Positions 39,649 to 49,859 of a stretch of 64,000 nt of DNA are shown in pieces; the stretch's first letter is position 1; each line of letters opens with the position of its first letter. This DNA comes from a virus. The notes under the pieces are model-generated. The model did not search any database, had not been told where the DNA came from, and was given only the letters and a program-made list of their open reading frames with translations. The translations under genes and the position numbers were made by a program. The DNA lies in the IMG/VR virus record IMGVR_UViG_3300044527_000952, positions 1-64,000 of that record, one strand, 5' to 3'.

Positions 39649-41148
39649 ATGGAACCCGATCCTTCAGCAGTAGCTCCTTGGTATTTAAGAAACATTAATC
39701 AAGCACTTGCCTTAGATGAAACTACAGGCAATGTATACCTTCGTACTGATGCACAGATTGGTGATGTTACGATTACGGGTAATGTAAATATACCTGGTAA
39801 CGTGGCGGCGACACAAAGCGGTAATTGGAATGTAGGGTTATTAGGTAATTTAGCAGGTATTACAGGTAATGTAACAGTAGTTGATGGTGGTGGTAGTTTA
39901 ACTATTGATGGTAATGTAGGTATTTCAGGTACAGCAAATGTATCGTTAGGATCATCAAGTACGGATGCTTTTGGACGTTTACGAGTTAGTAATCCAACTA
40001 CACTATTTGATACACAATCTAGATACTATGATCATGAACAATTCGCAAGCAATACCGCAGGAAGCGGTAGTGTTCTATATAATGCAAATTCTAGTACGTA
40101 TGAGTTAAACGTAACTACAGGCGCAACAGATAGCGTAATACAAGAAACCTATAAGGTCTTCCCCTATCAACCAGGTAAAAGTCTACTCATTTTCGCTACA
40201 TTTTGTATGTCCACTGCCAAAGCTAATCTACGTCAACGTGTAGGTTATTTTAATTCAAATAATGGTATATTTTTTGAACAAAATGGTACAACACTTAATA
40301 TGGTTATTCGTAGTAGCAGTACGGGAAGTATTGTTGAAGACAGAATACCACAGAGTAATTGGAACGGTGACAACTTAAGTGGTACAGGTGGTTCTAGCAA
40401 CCCAAGCGGTATTGCGTTAAACACTGCAGTAGATCAAATATGGTTTACAGATGTTGAATGGTTAGGTGTGGGCAGCGTACGAGTTGGTTTTGTAATAAAT
40501 GGTGTGTTTTATATTGTTCATACATTTAATCATGCTAACGTTGTAGGTAATACAACTACTTATATGTCTACAGCATGTCTGCCATTGCGTTATGAAATTA
40601 CGAATACAGGTGTAACGTCAAGTAGTAGTATGTTACGCCAAATTTGTGCAAGTGTTATATCTGAAGGTGGTTATAGTTTATCAGGAACTCCTGCATCAAT
40701 AGGGCATAATTTAGGCGCACCTATACGATTACCTAATGATCAATCTTTTTTACCGCTACTTTCTATACGATTAAAGAGTACAATGCCTGATGCTATTGTA
40801 ATACCAAAATATTATACAGTTGCTCCTGTAGGACAAAGTGTTTTTAAGTATAGAATTTATAGTAGAGCAGTTACAACAGGTGGAACATTTACTTCAATGG
40901 GAGTTAATAGTCCTGTAGAGTATAATTTAGCACCACTTGCAGTAAGTAGTGGAACCATTGTTGCAGAAGGATATATTGTTTCATCAAACCAAAGTTCAGC
41001 AGCACCCATGCAAGTTCCGTTAGGGTTTGAAGTACAGCTACAACGTCAACCATTTACAGGTGTAACATACGAATATGTTATAACTGCTGCTACAACAGGC
41101 ACTAATCAAGACGTATATGCTAGCTTAGAATGGCAAGAAGTTAGTTAA
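39649..41148 (+). CDS. Virion structural protein (beta-rich, lectin-like)
   Basis: DAFGRLRVS, YQPGKS, RVGYF..NGIFFE, EWLGVG.VR.GF. Late context. Confidence 0.7.
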   Translation: MEPDPSAVAPWYLRNINQALALDETTGNVYLRTDAQIGDVTITGNVNIPGNVAATQSGNWNVGLLGNLAGITGNVTVVDGGGSLTIDGNVGISGTANVSLGSSSTDAFGRLRVSNPTTLFDTQSRYYDHEQFASNTAGSGSVLYNANSSTYELNVTTGATDSVIQETYKVFPYQPGKSLLIFATFCMSTAKANLRQRVGYFNSNNGIFFEQNGTTLNMVIRSSSTGSIVEDRIPQSNWNGDNLSGTGGSSNPSGIALNTAVDQIWFTDVEWLGVGSVRVGFVINGVFYIVHTFNHANVVGNTTTYMSTACLPLRYEITNTGVTSSSSMLRQICASVISEGGYSLSGTPASIGHNLGAPIRLPNDQSFLPLLSIRLKSTMPDAIVIPKYYTVAPVGQSVFKYRIYSRAVTTGGTFTSMGVNSPVEYNLAPLAVSSGTIVAEGYIVSSNQSSAAPMQVPLGFEVQLQRQPFTGVTYEYVITAATTGTNQDVYASLEWQEVS

Positions 41149-41174
41149 TCTAATTTTACTCCATAAATAGTTTC

Positions 41175-42746
41175 ATGAATATGCAAAATGGTGTGCAACT
41201 CATTAAGAATCCTTATGAACTTACATCGTTCAAGGATGATAAACAATTACAAGACTTTTTAAAATGCTGTAATCCTGATACAGGTTATCTATATTTTATG
41301 GATAACTTTTTTATGATACAACACCCTACACAAGGTAGTATGTTATATCACCCATGGGCTTATCAAAAACGATTAATAGAAACATACCATAACTATCGTT
41401 TTAGTATATCTCTAATGCCACGCCAAAGTGGTAAATCTACAAGTGCAGCAGGTTATTTGCTATGGTATGCAATGTTTGTACCTGACAGTACGATTCTTAT
41501 TGCTGCACATAAGTATGCAGGTTCGCAAGAAATAATGCAACGTATACGTTATGGTTATGAGAATTGTCCACTACATATTAAAGCAGGTGTTGTAACTTAT
41601 AACAAAGGATCACTAGACTTTGAAAATGGTAGTAGAATTATTAGTGCTACCACTACAGAAAATACAGGTCGTGGTCTTTCTATATCGTTATTATATCTTG
41701 ATGAGTTTGCATTTGTTCGCCCAGGCATTGCTAAAGAATTTTGGACCTCTATCGCCCCTACTCTAGCAACAGGTGGTAAAGCAATTATAACAAGTACCCC
41801 AAATAGTGATGAAGATCAGTTTGCTATAATTTGGAAAGGTGCAAATAAAACACAGGATGAATACGGTAATACTACTGAATTAGGTGTTAATGGTTTTAAA
41901 GCGTACAAGGCACATTGGAGCGAACAACCAGGTCGTGATGAACAATGGGCTGAATCTATGAAAGCACAACTTGGTGATGAACGATTCAGGCGTGAAATTG
42001 GTTGTGAATTTGTTATCGCTGATGAAACATTGATCAATCCATTAATACTTACCACACTAGAGGGTATGGAACCCATTGAGCGTATGGGTCAAGTACGTTG
42101 GTTTTCTAAACCACAAAAAGGTAATATCTATTGTGTTGGGCTAGATCCAAGCTTGGGTACAGGTAGCGATCCTGCTGCTATACAAATATTTGAAGCAAAT
42201 ACTACTAAACAAATTGGTGAATGGAAACATAATAGAACTACCATACCTGAACAAATTAAACTATTAGCCAAAATAAATGAATACATTGTTGATATAACCA
42301 ATGAACCTAATAATTTATATTACAGTTTAGAAAATAATACTATTGGTGAAGCAGCACTTATATCATTAGCAGAATATGGCGAAGAAAATATTAAAGGCAC
42401 CATGCTAAGCGAACCTAAACAAGTAGGTGCAACTAGACGTTATAGAAAAGGGTTTAATACCACTCAAAAAAGTAAGTTAGCAGCATGCAGTAAACTAAAA
42501 AACTTGATTGAAAGTGGTAAAATGTCGCTGAGAAGTAATGCACTAATCACAGAATTAAAGTCATTTGTAGCTGCTGAAGGTAGTTATGCTGCAAAAATAG
42601 GTGAAACTGATGACTTAGTAATGGCAACATTATTGGTTATACGTATTTTACAACATCTTCAAAACTATCATAGTGACCTAGATACGCACATTAGAGATCA
42701 CAGCGAATACATTGAACCCATGCCATTTATAATGACATTAAGTTAA
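41175..42746 (+). CDS. Terminase large subunit (T4 gp17-like)
   Basis: PRQSGKST Walker A, LYLDEFAF Walker B, ITSTPN, GLDPSLG, DDLVMA. Confidence 0.95.
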   Translation: MNMQNGVQLIKNPYELTSFKDDKQLQDFLKCCNPDTGYLYFMDNFFMIQHPTQGSMLYHPWAYQKRLIETYHNYRFSISLMPRQSGKSTSAAGYLLWYAMFVPDSTILIAAHKYAGSQEIMQRIRYGYENCPLHIKAGVVTYNKGSLDFENGSRIISATTTENTGRGLSISLLYLDEFAFVRPGIAKEFWTSIAPTLATGGKAIITSTPNSDEDQFAIIWKGANKTQDEYGNTTELGVNGFKAYKAHWSEQPGRDEQWAESMKAQLGDERFRREIGCEFVIADETLINPLILTTLEGMEPIERMGQVRWFSKPQKGNIYCVGLDPSLGTGSDPAAIQIFEANTTKQIGEWKHNRTTIPEQIKLLAKINEYIVDITNEPNNLYYSLENNTIGEAALISLAEYGEENIKGTMLSEPKQVGATRRYRKGFNTTQKSKLAACSKLKNLIESGKMSLRSNALITELKSFVAAEGSYAAKIGETDDLVMATLLVIRILQHLQNYHSDLDTHIRDHSEYIEPMPFIMTLS

Positions 42747-42782
42747 TTAAGCTGATAAATACACTATAAAAGTGGATTTATC

Positions 42783-45218
42783 ATGCCAAAAAATAATGAA
42801 CTGATTAACGTTGACCTAGAAAACTTTCTTGATGCTAAAGGTATGGATGCTGTTCCATATGATAGCAGTGGTAAGCAAGTTCCTATTCCCGATGAAGCTG
42901 AACTATTTCAGTTTAAGTTTGCCCCTGATGGTGAAGAAAGAGGTACCGCAACTGTATCAATTGATGGTACAAAATCACTAAATCTTTATTACGATGATGC
43001 TATTATGACTGAAAATGAAGGTAGCGATGAATGGTTTCAGTTTGTTAAGCAATTAAAACGATTTGCTATGATGCATCAACTTGATTTTAAAACAAAAAAT
43101 ATGGATAGGTTGGCTACAGATATGAAAAAACGTGAATATCAGAAAAAACTAGATGAAGGTTATTACGGTACACGCCATACAAGTTATAGCGACAAAAACC
43201 CAGGTACCGTCAAAATGATCCTCAAACACAACCGTCCACTTGAAGAAACTGATGCACGTTTTCGTAATATTGAAAAGATCTTTCTAGAAACTGAAACAGG
43301 AGAACGCTTTTTATTAGATACTAAAAAGCCAAGCATTGCTAGAGCATATGCTAGACATTTAGCAGAAGGTGGTCGTTATAACGATGAACGTTGGAATCAT
43401 ATTGGTCAAATAGCTGAAGATATTAACCGTTTAGGTGGATTTGTACGTGCTACACGTAACAAACAATTTAATGAAGGTGCAGTAAAATTAGTCAACGAAG
43501 CGCAAAATCATTATCAAGCATTGCGTGAAACCATCAAACACTTACAAGGTTCACGTGGTTATAATAAGTATTTCGAAAGTTGGAAACCAACATTAAACGA
43601 AGATAATGAAGATAATTCTATCTCTGAAATGTTTTTAACACAACGTTTAGACCCACGTGTTGAAAGTGCGTTACCTGTACTTAATCGTTTGGCAAAAAAT
43701 ATTACTGAAATGTCTGAGCTAAATGAATTTGAAAATTGGGCAAGTGATATTGTAAAAGAAGTATTGCACCCAACTTCAGCAGGATCATTAGACGATCTAG
43801 TAGATCTACTTGGTGCTGATAGTGAATTCTTAACACTAGGACCTGATGGTAAAAACGCAATCAATGAGATTGAAGGTATTATTGATGAACCTGCGTTAAA
43901 TTCACGTTTGCAAAAAGCAGGTATGAGCAAACCTGATCAAGATGCACGTCCTATTATTATTGGTTGGATGCAGGAAAATGCTAAAGACAAACATTATGAA
44001 GAAATCTTAAGCAAAATAGAAGTGGAAGAAGAACCCGCCGCAAAACCTGAGCCTAAACCTGCACCACAACCAAAGAGGGTAGCACCTAGCGATAAAATGC
44101 CTGCTCCACCAAATGTTGAGGAAGATTATGACCCACGTTTGTCACAGAAAACACAAATTGCAGGTACATTACCTACCTATCGTTATGCAAAAGGGTTGCT
44201 TGATAAGGTAGAAGGTCCACAAGGTAAGACATTAGACTTTGGTGCGGGATTAGGATTAGGATCAGCAGAGATTGGTGCTGATAGTTATGAAATGCACCCT
44301 AAGGCAGGATTCAAGCCTAACTTTGATCGTGTTGATAGTATACCTGATGAAAGCTATGCAAAAATTGTATCATTAAATGTTCTCAATGTTATACCTAACG
44401 ATAAAGGTTGGCGTGACGCAGCAGTAAAAGACATTGGTCGTATATTGATGCAAGGTGGTTCTGCACTTATTACAACACGTGGCAAGGATGTACTATCAGC
44501 AAAAGGTACACCACAAGATGAACCAAATAGTATTGTTACAACTGCGGGAACGTTTCAAAAAGGATTTACCCCACAAGAGTTAAAAGGTTATGTACAAAGT
44601 GTGCTTGGTGGTGGGTTTCAAGTAAAGACAGTAAAAGTTGGTAGTGCACCCGCAGCAATTTTAGTTACTAAAGGTGGCGAACAAGTTAATGAACTTAAAG
44701 GTAAGATGCCTACACCTGATGAAGTGCGAGCATTGTTATTAAAACAAAAGAAACGTTTTGATGATCAAGGATTTGTACGTGCTGCAGATGATACCGCAAA
44801 ATTACTCAAACAACGTACACCACAACCTAGCCAACAACCTAGTGCAAAAGTTGAAGAATATTTGCGTGAGTTTGAAGGTGAAATTGATGAAGCATGTTGG
44901 AAAGGCTATCACAAAGAGGGTATGAAAACAATGTTTGGTAAAGAATATCCTAATTGTGTTAAAAATAAGAAAGCCAATGAAGAACTTCAAAATGAAAGTC
45001 CTGTAAAAGAAGCATCTAAAGATAATGAATCTTCAGTAACCGTACGCAATCCTGTAGCCAAAAATGCTATGGCAGGAATTGGTGGAGGTGGTATGGGTAA
45101 ACATAAGGATAAAAAACAAGCTGACAAGCGTGGCGAAGTAAAACACAAAAAAGATAAAGTCCCAATGGATCTTGAAGAAGGATCACTTGATAGGATTAAA
45201 AAACTATCAGGTCTATAA
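42783..45218 (+). CDS. 811-aa multidomain late/head-associated protein with an internal SAM-methyltransferase-like domain
   Basis: LDFGAGLG, NVLNVI, TFQKGF, CWKGY..PNCVK motif, many [ILV]xE sites, C-terminal IKKLSGL. Confidence 0.75.
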   Translation: MPKNNELINVDLENFLDAKGMDAVPYDSSGKQVPIPDEAELFQFKFAPDGEERGTATVSIDGTKSLNLYYDDAIMTENEGSDEWFQFVKQLKRFAMMHQLDFKTKNMDRLATDMKKREYQKKLDEGYYGTRHTSYSDKNPGTVKMILKHNRPLEETDARFRNIEKIFLETETGERFLLDTKKPSIARAYARHLAEGGRYNDERWNHIGQIAEDINRLGGFVRATRNKQFNEGAVKLVNEAQNHYQALRETIKHLQGSRGYNKYFESWKPTLNEDNEDNSISEMFLTQRLDPRVESALPVLNRLAKNITEMSELNEFENWASDIVKEVLHPTSAGSLDDLVDLLGADSEFLTLGPDGKNAINEIEGIIDEPALNSRLQKAGMSKPDQDARPIIIGWMQENAKDKHYEEILSKIEVEEEPAAKPEPKPAPQPKRVAPSDKMPAPPNVEEDYDPRLSQKTQIAGTLPTYRYAKGLLDKVEGPQGKTLDFGAGLGLGSAEIGADSYEMHPKAGFKPNFDRVDSIPDESYAKIVSLNVLNVIPNDKGWRDAAVKDIGRILMQGGSALITTRGKDVLSAKGTPQDEPNSIVTTAGTFQKGFTPQELKGYVQSVLGGGFQVKTVKVGSAPAAILVTKGGEQVNELKGKMPTPDEVRALLLKQKKRFDDQGFVRAADDTAKLLKQRTPQPSQQPSAKVEEYLREFEGEIDEACWKGYHKEGMKTMFGKEYPNCVKNKKANEELQNESPVKEASKDNESSVTVRNPVAKNAMAGIGGGGMGKHKDKKQADKRGEVKHKKDKVPMDLEEGSLDRIKKLSGL

Positions 45219-45219
45219 T

Positions 45220-47121
45220 ATGTCAACATCAATACTGTTGGAATCTGCTAAACCACCTGTTGGTCGTGAATTCCAACACCTTGAAGATTTAGTATACATA
45301 GAAGGCGCACGTGGTATAAAACGTGTGCTTGAATGTATCGCAGGTATTATCAAACGTCAACCATTAGAAGTGAAATGGGATGGTAGCCCCGCAATACTAT
45401 TTGGTAGAACAGACAATGGTCGTTTTCACTTTGGTGACAAATATAGTCGTGACATTATAGACAGCCCACAAGCAGTATATCAACAGTATATTGGGCGCAA
45501 ACCTAAACGCACCTTTGAGCGTGAGCAATTTGCACGTGATATGGCAGCATTGTATGAAGTATATGAAGCAGCCACTCCAAAAGATTTTCGTGGATTCTTA
45601 GAAGCAGGATTGTTATATAAAAATTCACCAACCTTAACTGAAAATAGTTTTCAATGTAATCCTAATACGGTAATTTATAAGATTAATAACAGTACTGATT
45701 TAGGTAAGCGTATAGCCAACAGTGTTAGTGGATGTGCAGCAACCGCATATTTTCGTGACTTACCTGCTACAGGTGGTAGACGATATCCTGTAGGAGATTA
45801 TGCCAATAGCTTTACAGGTGGGCAAGTTGTTGTTATCCCACCTTTACATACAAGTGATTCACCAAAATTAGAACGTACTTTGTTAGAAAAATATTGGAAC
45901 TTCGTCAAACAAAAGCGTGATAGTATTAATGAATTTGTATCACCAATGGTTATAAAAAAGATATTGTATGAATACGTTAATAGTCAAATTAATGAAAATG
46001 ACCTAAGCGCATTACATAATTTAGGAGATAATTTCACTACCTATGCACGTGATAGTTTATCTGCTAAAGAACAAAACATACTAGCTGAACATTTAAAAAC
46101 GCATTTAGATGGGGCTAATGATACTTTTAGGATGATACGTGCTACTATGAAAATTAAAGATTTGATTGTTGATCAACTTGAAGAAAGCACATTACGTAAG
46201 TTAGGCATTCAGGCAGAATTACCTGATGGACAACGTGGTGGTGAAGGGTTTGTATATGATATAAACGAAGGTATCAACCCTATTAAATTAGTTAAACGTG
46301 GTGCATTTACTAGAGCAAATAAATTTAAGAATGAGTCAAAATATTTAAAAGAATCAATCAGTCGTAATGGTAAGAGTGATCGTGCGGTAATTACTTTTGG
46401 TCGTTGTATGGGTCATCGTGGGCATATGTACCTAGCTAATAGTGTGTTTACTACGGCTAAAGAACAAGGTGCTGACCCTTATGTTATTATCAGTAGAACA
46501 ATGGGTGAGGATGATCCACTTACACCTAATGAGAAATTATCAATCTATCATAAAGTATTTCCTAATCATAAACAATGTTTTGTATCTGCAGACGATAGTA
46601 TGCCAACGATGATGAGCGCATTAAAAAAGTTAAATGAATTAGGATATAAGCATATTACCGCAATATTTGGCAATGATCGTGCTGATAGTATGCAACATGT
46701 AAAAGAGTATAATGGGCGCAGTTATAATTTTGAAACATTAGATGTGCTCAGTAGGCAACAAACTAATGATCCATATAAAAACATTAATGGCCCACGTGGC
46801 ACTGATATGCGTAATGTACTAAGCGATCCTAATTTATCTGAAGAACAAAAATTTGGATATTGGCGCAAATGTATGAGTCCACAATTGAGTGATGATGATG
46901 TACAATATATTATGGACATAGTGAAAAAACGTATTGGGCATGAACTACATGAAGCTGATAATCCAAATTATTTTGGCGGCAGCAGTTTAAGCCCAATTGG
47001 TGGAACACCTGAAGATTTACAAGATACACGTACACCTGCGCAAAAGCGTAAAGATGCCAAGCGAGCAATTAAACAAGCACGTGAATTACGTAAATTTATG
47101 GGTCATAATGAAGTACGTTAA
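45220..47121 (+). CDS. DUF6267-like (ligase-fold) domain fused to a HIGH-type nucleotidyltransferase domain
   Basis: HLEDL, VKWDGSPA, GEGFV..IKLV; then TFGR..GHRGH, DPL, GNDR, GTDMR. Confidence 0.7.
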   Translation: MSTSILLESAKPPVGREFQHLEDLVYIEGARGIKRVLECIAGIIKRQPLEVKWDGSPAILFGRTDNGRFHFGDKYSRDIIDSPQAVYQQYIGRKPKRTFEREQFARDMAALYEVYEAATPKDFRGFLEAGLLYKNSPTLTENSFQCNPNTVIYKINNSTDLGKRIANSVSGCAATAYFRDLPATGGRRYPVGDYANSFTGGQVVVIPPLHTSDSPKLERTLLEKYWNFVKQKRDSINEFVSPMVIKKILYEYVNSQINENDLSALHNLGDNFTTYARDSLSAKEQNILAEHLKTHLDGANDTFRMIRATMKIKDLIVDQLEESTLRKLGIQAELPDGQRGGEGFVYDINEGINPIKLVKRGAFTRANKFKNESKYLKESISRNGKSDRAVITFGRCMGHRGHMYLANSVFTTAKEQGADPYVIISRTMGEDDPLTPNEKLSIYHKVFPNHKQCFVSADDSMPTMMSALKKLNELGYKHITAIFGNDRADSMQHVKEYNGRSYNFETLDVLSRQQTNDPYKNINGPRGTDMRNVLSDPNLSEEQKFGYWRKCMSPQLSDDDVQYIMDIVKKRIGHELHEADNPNYFGGSSLSPIGGTPEDLQDTRTPAQKRKDAKRAIKQARELRKFMGHNEVR

Positions 47122-47268
47122 GAATATATATTTTTTGCGCACCTTGTTATCCTAAATACATTGACCACAGAAAAAAATGATGTATATTTAATCTGTGTTC
47201 GTTGTTCTCACAACTACACTTAGGTCTCAATTTTAGCTACACTTTTAACTTTTTAAGGAGAATGAAAA

Positions 47269-48252
47269 ATGTCATTAGCTGCAATTCGTGCAAAATTGGC
47301 TGCACAAGAAGCCAAATCAAATCCCCAAAATAACACTCAGTATGTAGGCGATAATGCCATCTATCCATTTTGGAACATGGAAGAAAATACAACCACTACA
47401 GTTCGTTTCTTACCTGATGCTGATGGATTGAATGATTATTTTTGGGTTGAGCGTAATTTAATTACGTTAGAATTTAGTGGTATTAAGGGTCAATCATCAA
47501 ACAAAGTATTTGTCAAAGTACCTTGTGTTGAGATGTATGGTGACAATTGTCCTATACTTGCTGAAGTACGTACATGGTATAAAGACGCATCATTGAAAGA
47601 AATTGCCAACAAGTATTGGAAAAAGCGTACTTATATTTTTCAAGGTTTTGTGCGTGATAGCAAGATGAAAGAAGATAGTTTGCCTGAAAATGCAATTCGT
47701 CGCTTTATCATTTCACCACAAATTTTTGGTGTAATTAAGAGTAGTTTGATGGATCCTGATATTGAAGAAAATCCTACAGATTATTTGCGTGGTTTAGATT
47801 TTAGAATCGTTAAAACTAGCAAAGGTGGATATGCTGATTACAGTACAAGTGGATGGGCACGTAAAGAAACTGCACTCAACGAAACTGAGCAAGCTGCCAT
47901 TGAAAAGCATGGGTTATTTAATTTAAAAGATTTCTTACCTAAAAAACCTAGCGAAATCGAACTTCGTGTTATGAAAGAAATGTTTGACGCTAGTGTTAAT
48001 GGTGAAGAATATGATACAGACAAGTGGGGAGCATATTTCCGTCCACGTGGTGTACAAGCATCAAATAGTGCTGCTGACCATGATGACGATTCATATGTTG
48101 TTGCACCACGCCAACAATTTTCGACTCCTGTAGTAGATGAGGATGAGGAACCTGTTGTAACCTCTGAAGTAAAGGTTACAACCCCTCAAACCTCCGATAC
48201 AACTGCAAACATTCTTGCTATGATTCGTAGCAAGAAAACTTCCCAAGCGTAA
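47269..48252 (+). CDS. Single-stranded DNA-binding protein (T4 gp32-like)
   Basis: VRFLP, CVEMYGDNCPI, GLDFRIVK..GGYADYSTS, acidic tail; located before uvsX. Confidence 0.88.
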   Translation: MSLAAIRAKLAAQEAKSNPQNNTQYVGDNAIYPFWNMEENTTTTVRFLPDADGLNDYFWVERNLITLEFSGIKGQSSNKVFVKVPCVEMYGDNCPILAEVRTWYKDASLKEIANKYWKKRTYIFQGFVRDSKMKEDSLPENAIRRFIISPQIFGVIKSSLMDPDIEENPTDYLRGLDFRIVKTSKGGYADYSTSGWARKETALNETEQAAIEKHGLFNLKDFLPKKPSEIELRVMKEMFDASVNGEEYDTDKWGAYFRPRGVQASNSAADHDDDSYVVAPRQQFSTPVVDEDEEPVVTSEVKVTTPQTSDTTANILAMIRSKKTSQA

Positions 48253-48263
48253 ATAGCAGTGAA

Positions 48264-48291
48264 TAAAGTGGTGGGTAGTTCCACCACTTTA
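48264..48291 (+). terminator. Hairpin after gp32
   Basis: taaagtggtgg-gtagtt-ccaccacttta. Confidence 0.7.
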
Positions 48292-48308
48292 CACTTTAGG
48301 AGAATAAT

Positions 48309-48542
48309 ATGACATTACCTGATGAAAGATACAGGGCACTCAAGCAAGGTAAAAGATTGTTGGAGGAATTGTGCGACCCAGGCCGCACCCCACGTGTGCC
48401 TAGCGCAGTACGTGATCGAGCTAGAGCAACACTAAAACATTTCCCCAATGATTATGAAATTGATTGTCTTGCTGATTCTGCTCCAACAATTTTAGATAAA
48501 CAATTGTTGCGAGTATTTACAAATAATACAATGGCAAAGTAG
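48309..48542 (+). CDS. BPSL0761-like small protein
   Basis: MTLPDERYRAL..PRVP..VR..A...LKHFP. Confidence 0.65.
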   Translation: MTLPDERYRALKQGKRLLEELCDPGRTPRVPSAVRDRARATLKHFPNDYEIDCLADSAPTILDKQLLRVFTNNTMAK

Positions 48543-48547
48543 AGATT

Positions 48548-49612
48548 ATGGGAAAACCCTTTGATATATCAAAATTTAGAAAAGAAGTTACAAAAAGTAT
48601 AGAAGGTATTAGCGTAGGATTTCATGATCCCACTGATTGGATTTCAACAGGCAACTATGCATTGAATTATCTTATCAGTGGTGATTTTAATAAAGGTGTA
48701 CCACTTGGTAAAGTTACTGTATTTGCAGGTGAAAGTGGTAGTGGCAAATCATATATTTGCAGTGGAAATATCGTAAAAAATGCACAAGAGCAAGGTATAT
48801 TTGTTGTACTAATTGATAGCGAAAACGCATTAGATGAAAGTTGGTTGCATGCGTTAGGTGTTGATACAAGCGATGATAAATTGCTAAAACTAAATATGGC
48901 AATGATTGATGATGTTGCAAAAACTATTTCAACATTTATGAAAGATTATAAAGAAACACCACTTGCAGAGCGACCCAAAGTATTGTTTGTTATAGATAGT
49001 TTAGGCATGCTTATGAGTCCAACTGAAGTAAACCAATTTGATAGTGGTGATATGAAAGGTGATATGGGACGTAAAGCTAAAGCACTAAAAGCATTAGTTA
49101 CAAATTGTGTAAATATGTTTGGTAGTTATAATGTAGGATTAGTTGCCACTAACCATACGTATGCTTCGCAGGATCCATACAATCCTGACCCTAACGTAAG
49201 TGGTGGACAAGGTTTTGTATTTGCTAGTAGTATTCTAGTAGCAATGAAAAAACTAAAGTTGAAGGAAGATGAAGAAGGTAACAAAACATCAGATGTGCTA
49301 GGCATACGTGCAGGTTGTAAAGTAATGAAAACACGTTTTGCCAAACCATTTGAAGATGTTGAAGTACAAATTCCGTATGAAAAAGGCATGAATCCTTACA
49401 GTGGTTTTTTTGATTTGATTGAGAAAAAAGGGTTTGTTACTAGAGAAGGTAACCGTTATATGTATACTGACTTGCATGGTGAAGTACATCGTTACTTCCG
49501 TAAAGAATGGTCAAAAAATGAAAACGGTATTATGGATTTAGTCATGAAAGAATTTTCACAACGAGAAAAAATTGTAACTACAGAACTAGCAGAGGAAGAA
49601 CAAAATGCTTGA
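48548..49612 (+). CDS. uvsX: RecA-like recombinase UvsX
   Basis: STGNYALN, GESGSGKS, DSENA, VIDSLG, TNHTY, SGGQG. Confidence 0.93.
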   Translation: MGKPFDISKFRKEVTKSIEGISVGFHDPTDWISTGNYALNYLISGDFNKGVPLGKVTVFAGESGSGKSYICSGNIVKNAQEQGIFVVLIDSENALDESWLHALGVDTSDDKLLKLNMAMIDDVAKTISTFMKDYKETPLAERPKVLFVIDSLGMLMSPTEVNQFDSGDMKGDMGRKAKALKALVTNCVNMFGSYNVGLVATNHTYASQDPYNPDPNVSGGQGFVFASSILVAMKKLKLKEDEEGNKTSDVLGIRAGCKVMKTRFAKPFEDVEVQIPYEKGMNPYSGFFDLIEKKGFVTREGNRYMYTDLHGEVHRYFRKEWSKNENGIMDLVMKEFSQREKIVTTELAEEEQNA

Positions 49613-49856
49613 CACAGTTGCAGCAGTGTATGAAGTTTTAAAACGATACATTAGTACAACCGATATGCGTGATGCTGCGGAAGATGTACTAAATGTATTA
49701 ATCGATCATGATGTACACCCTGATGAGGTACGTGAAACATTCGCAGGTGAGAAAGAAATGGTTACTGCATTGAAAGCTTACCAAGATGATGAAGCAGATT
49801 ATGACGATGATGAGGACTTCGCTGAAGATGAAGATGATTGGTACGATAATGAGTAG
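49605..49856 (+). CDS. Acidic hypothetical protein
   Basis: Coupled ORF between uvsX and uvsY. Confidence 0.7.
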   Translation: MLDTVAAVYEVLKRYISTTDMRDAAEDVLNVLIDHDVHPDEVRETFAGEKEMVTALKAYQDDEADYDDDEDFAEDEDDWYDNE

Positions 49857-49859
49857 GCC

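Noticed and set aside
41175-49612. Introns or inteins in terminase, gp32 or uvsX
   Set aside because: Lengths are typical and motifs contiguous, with no splicing motifs seen.
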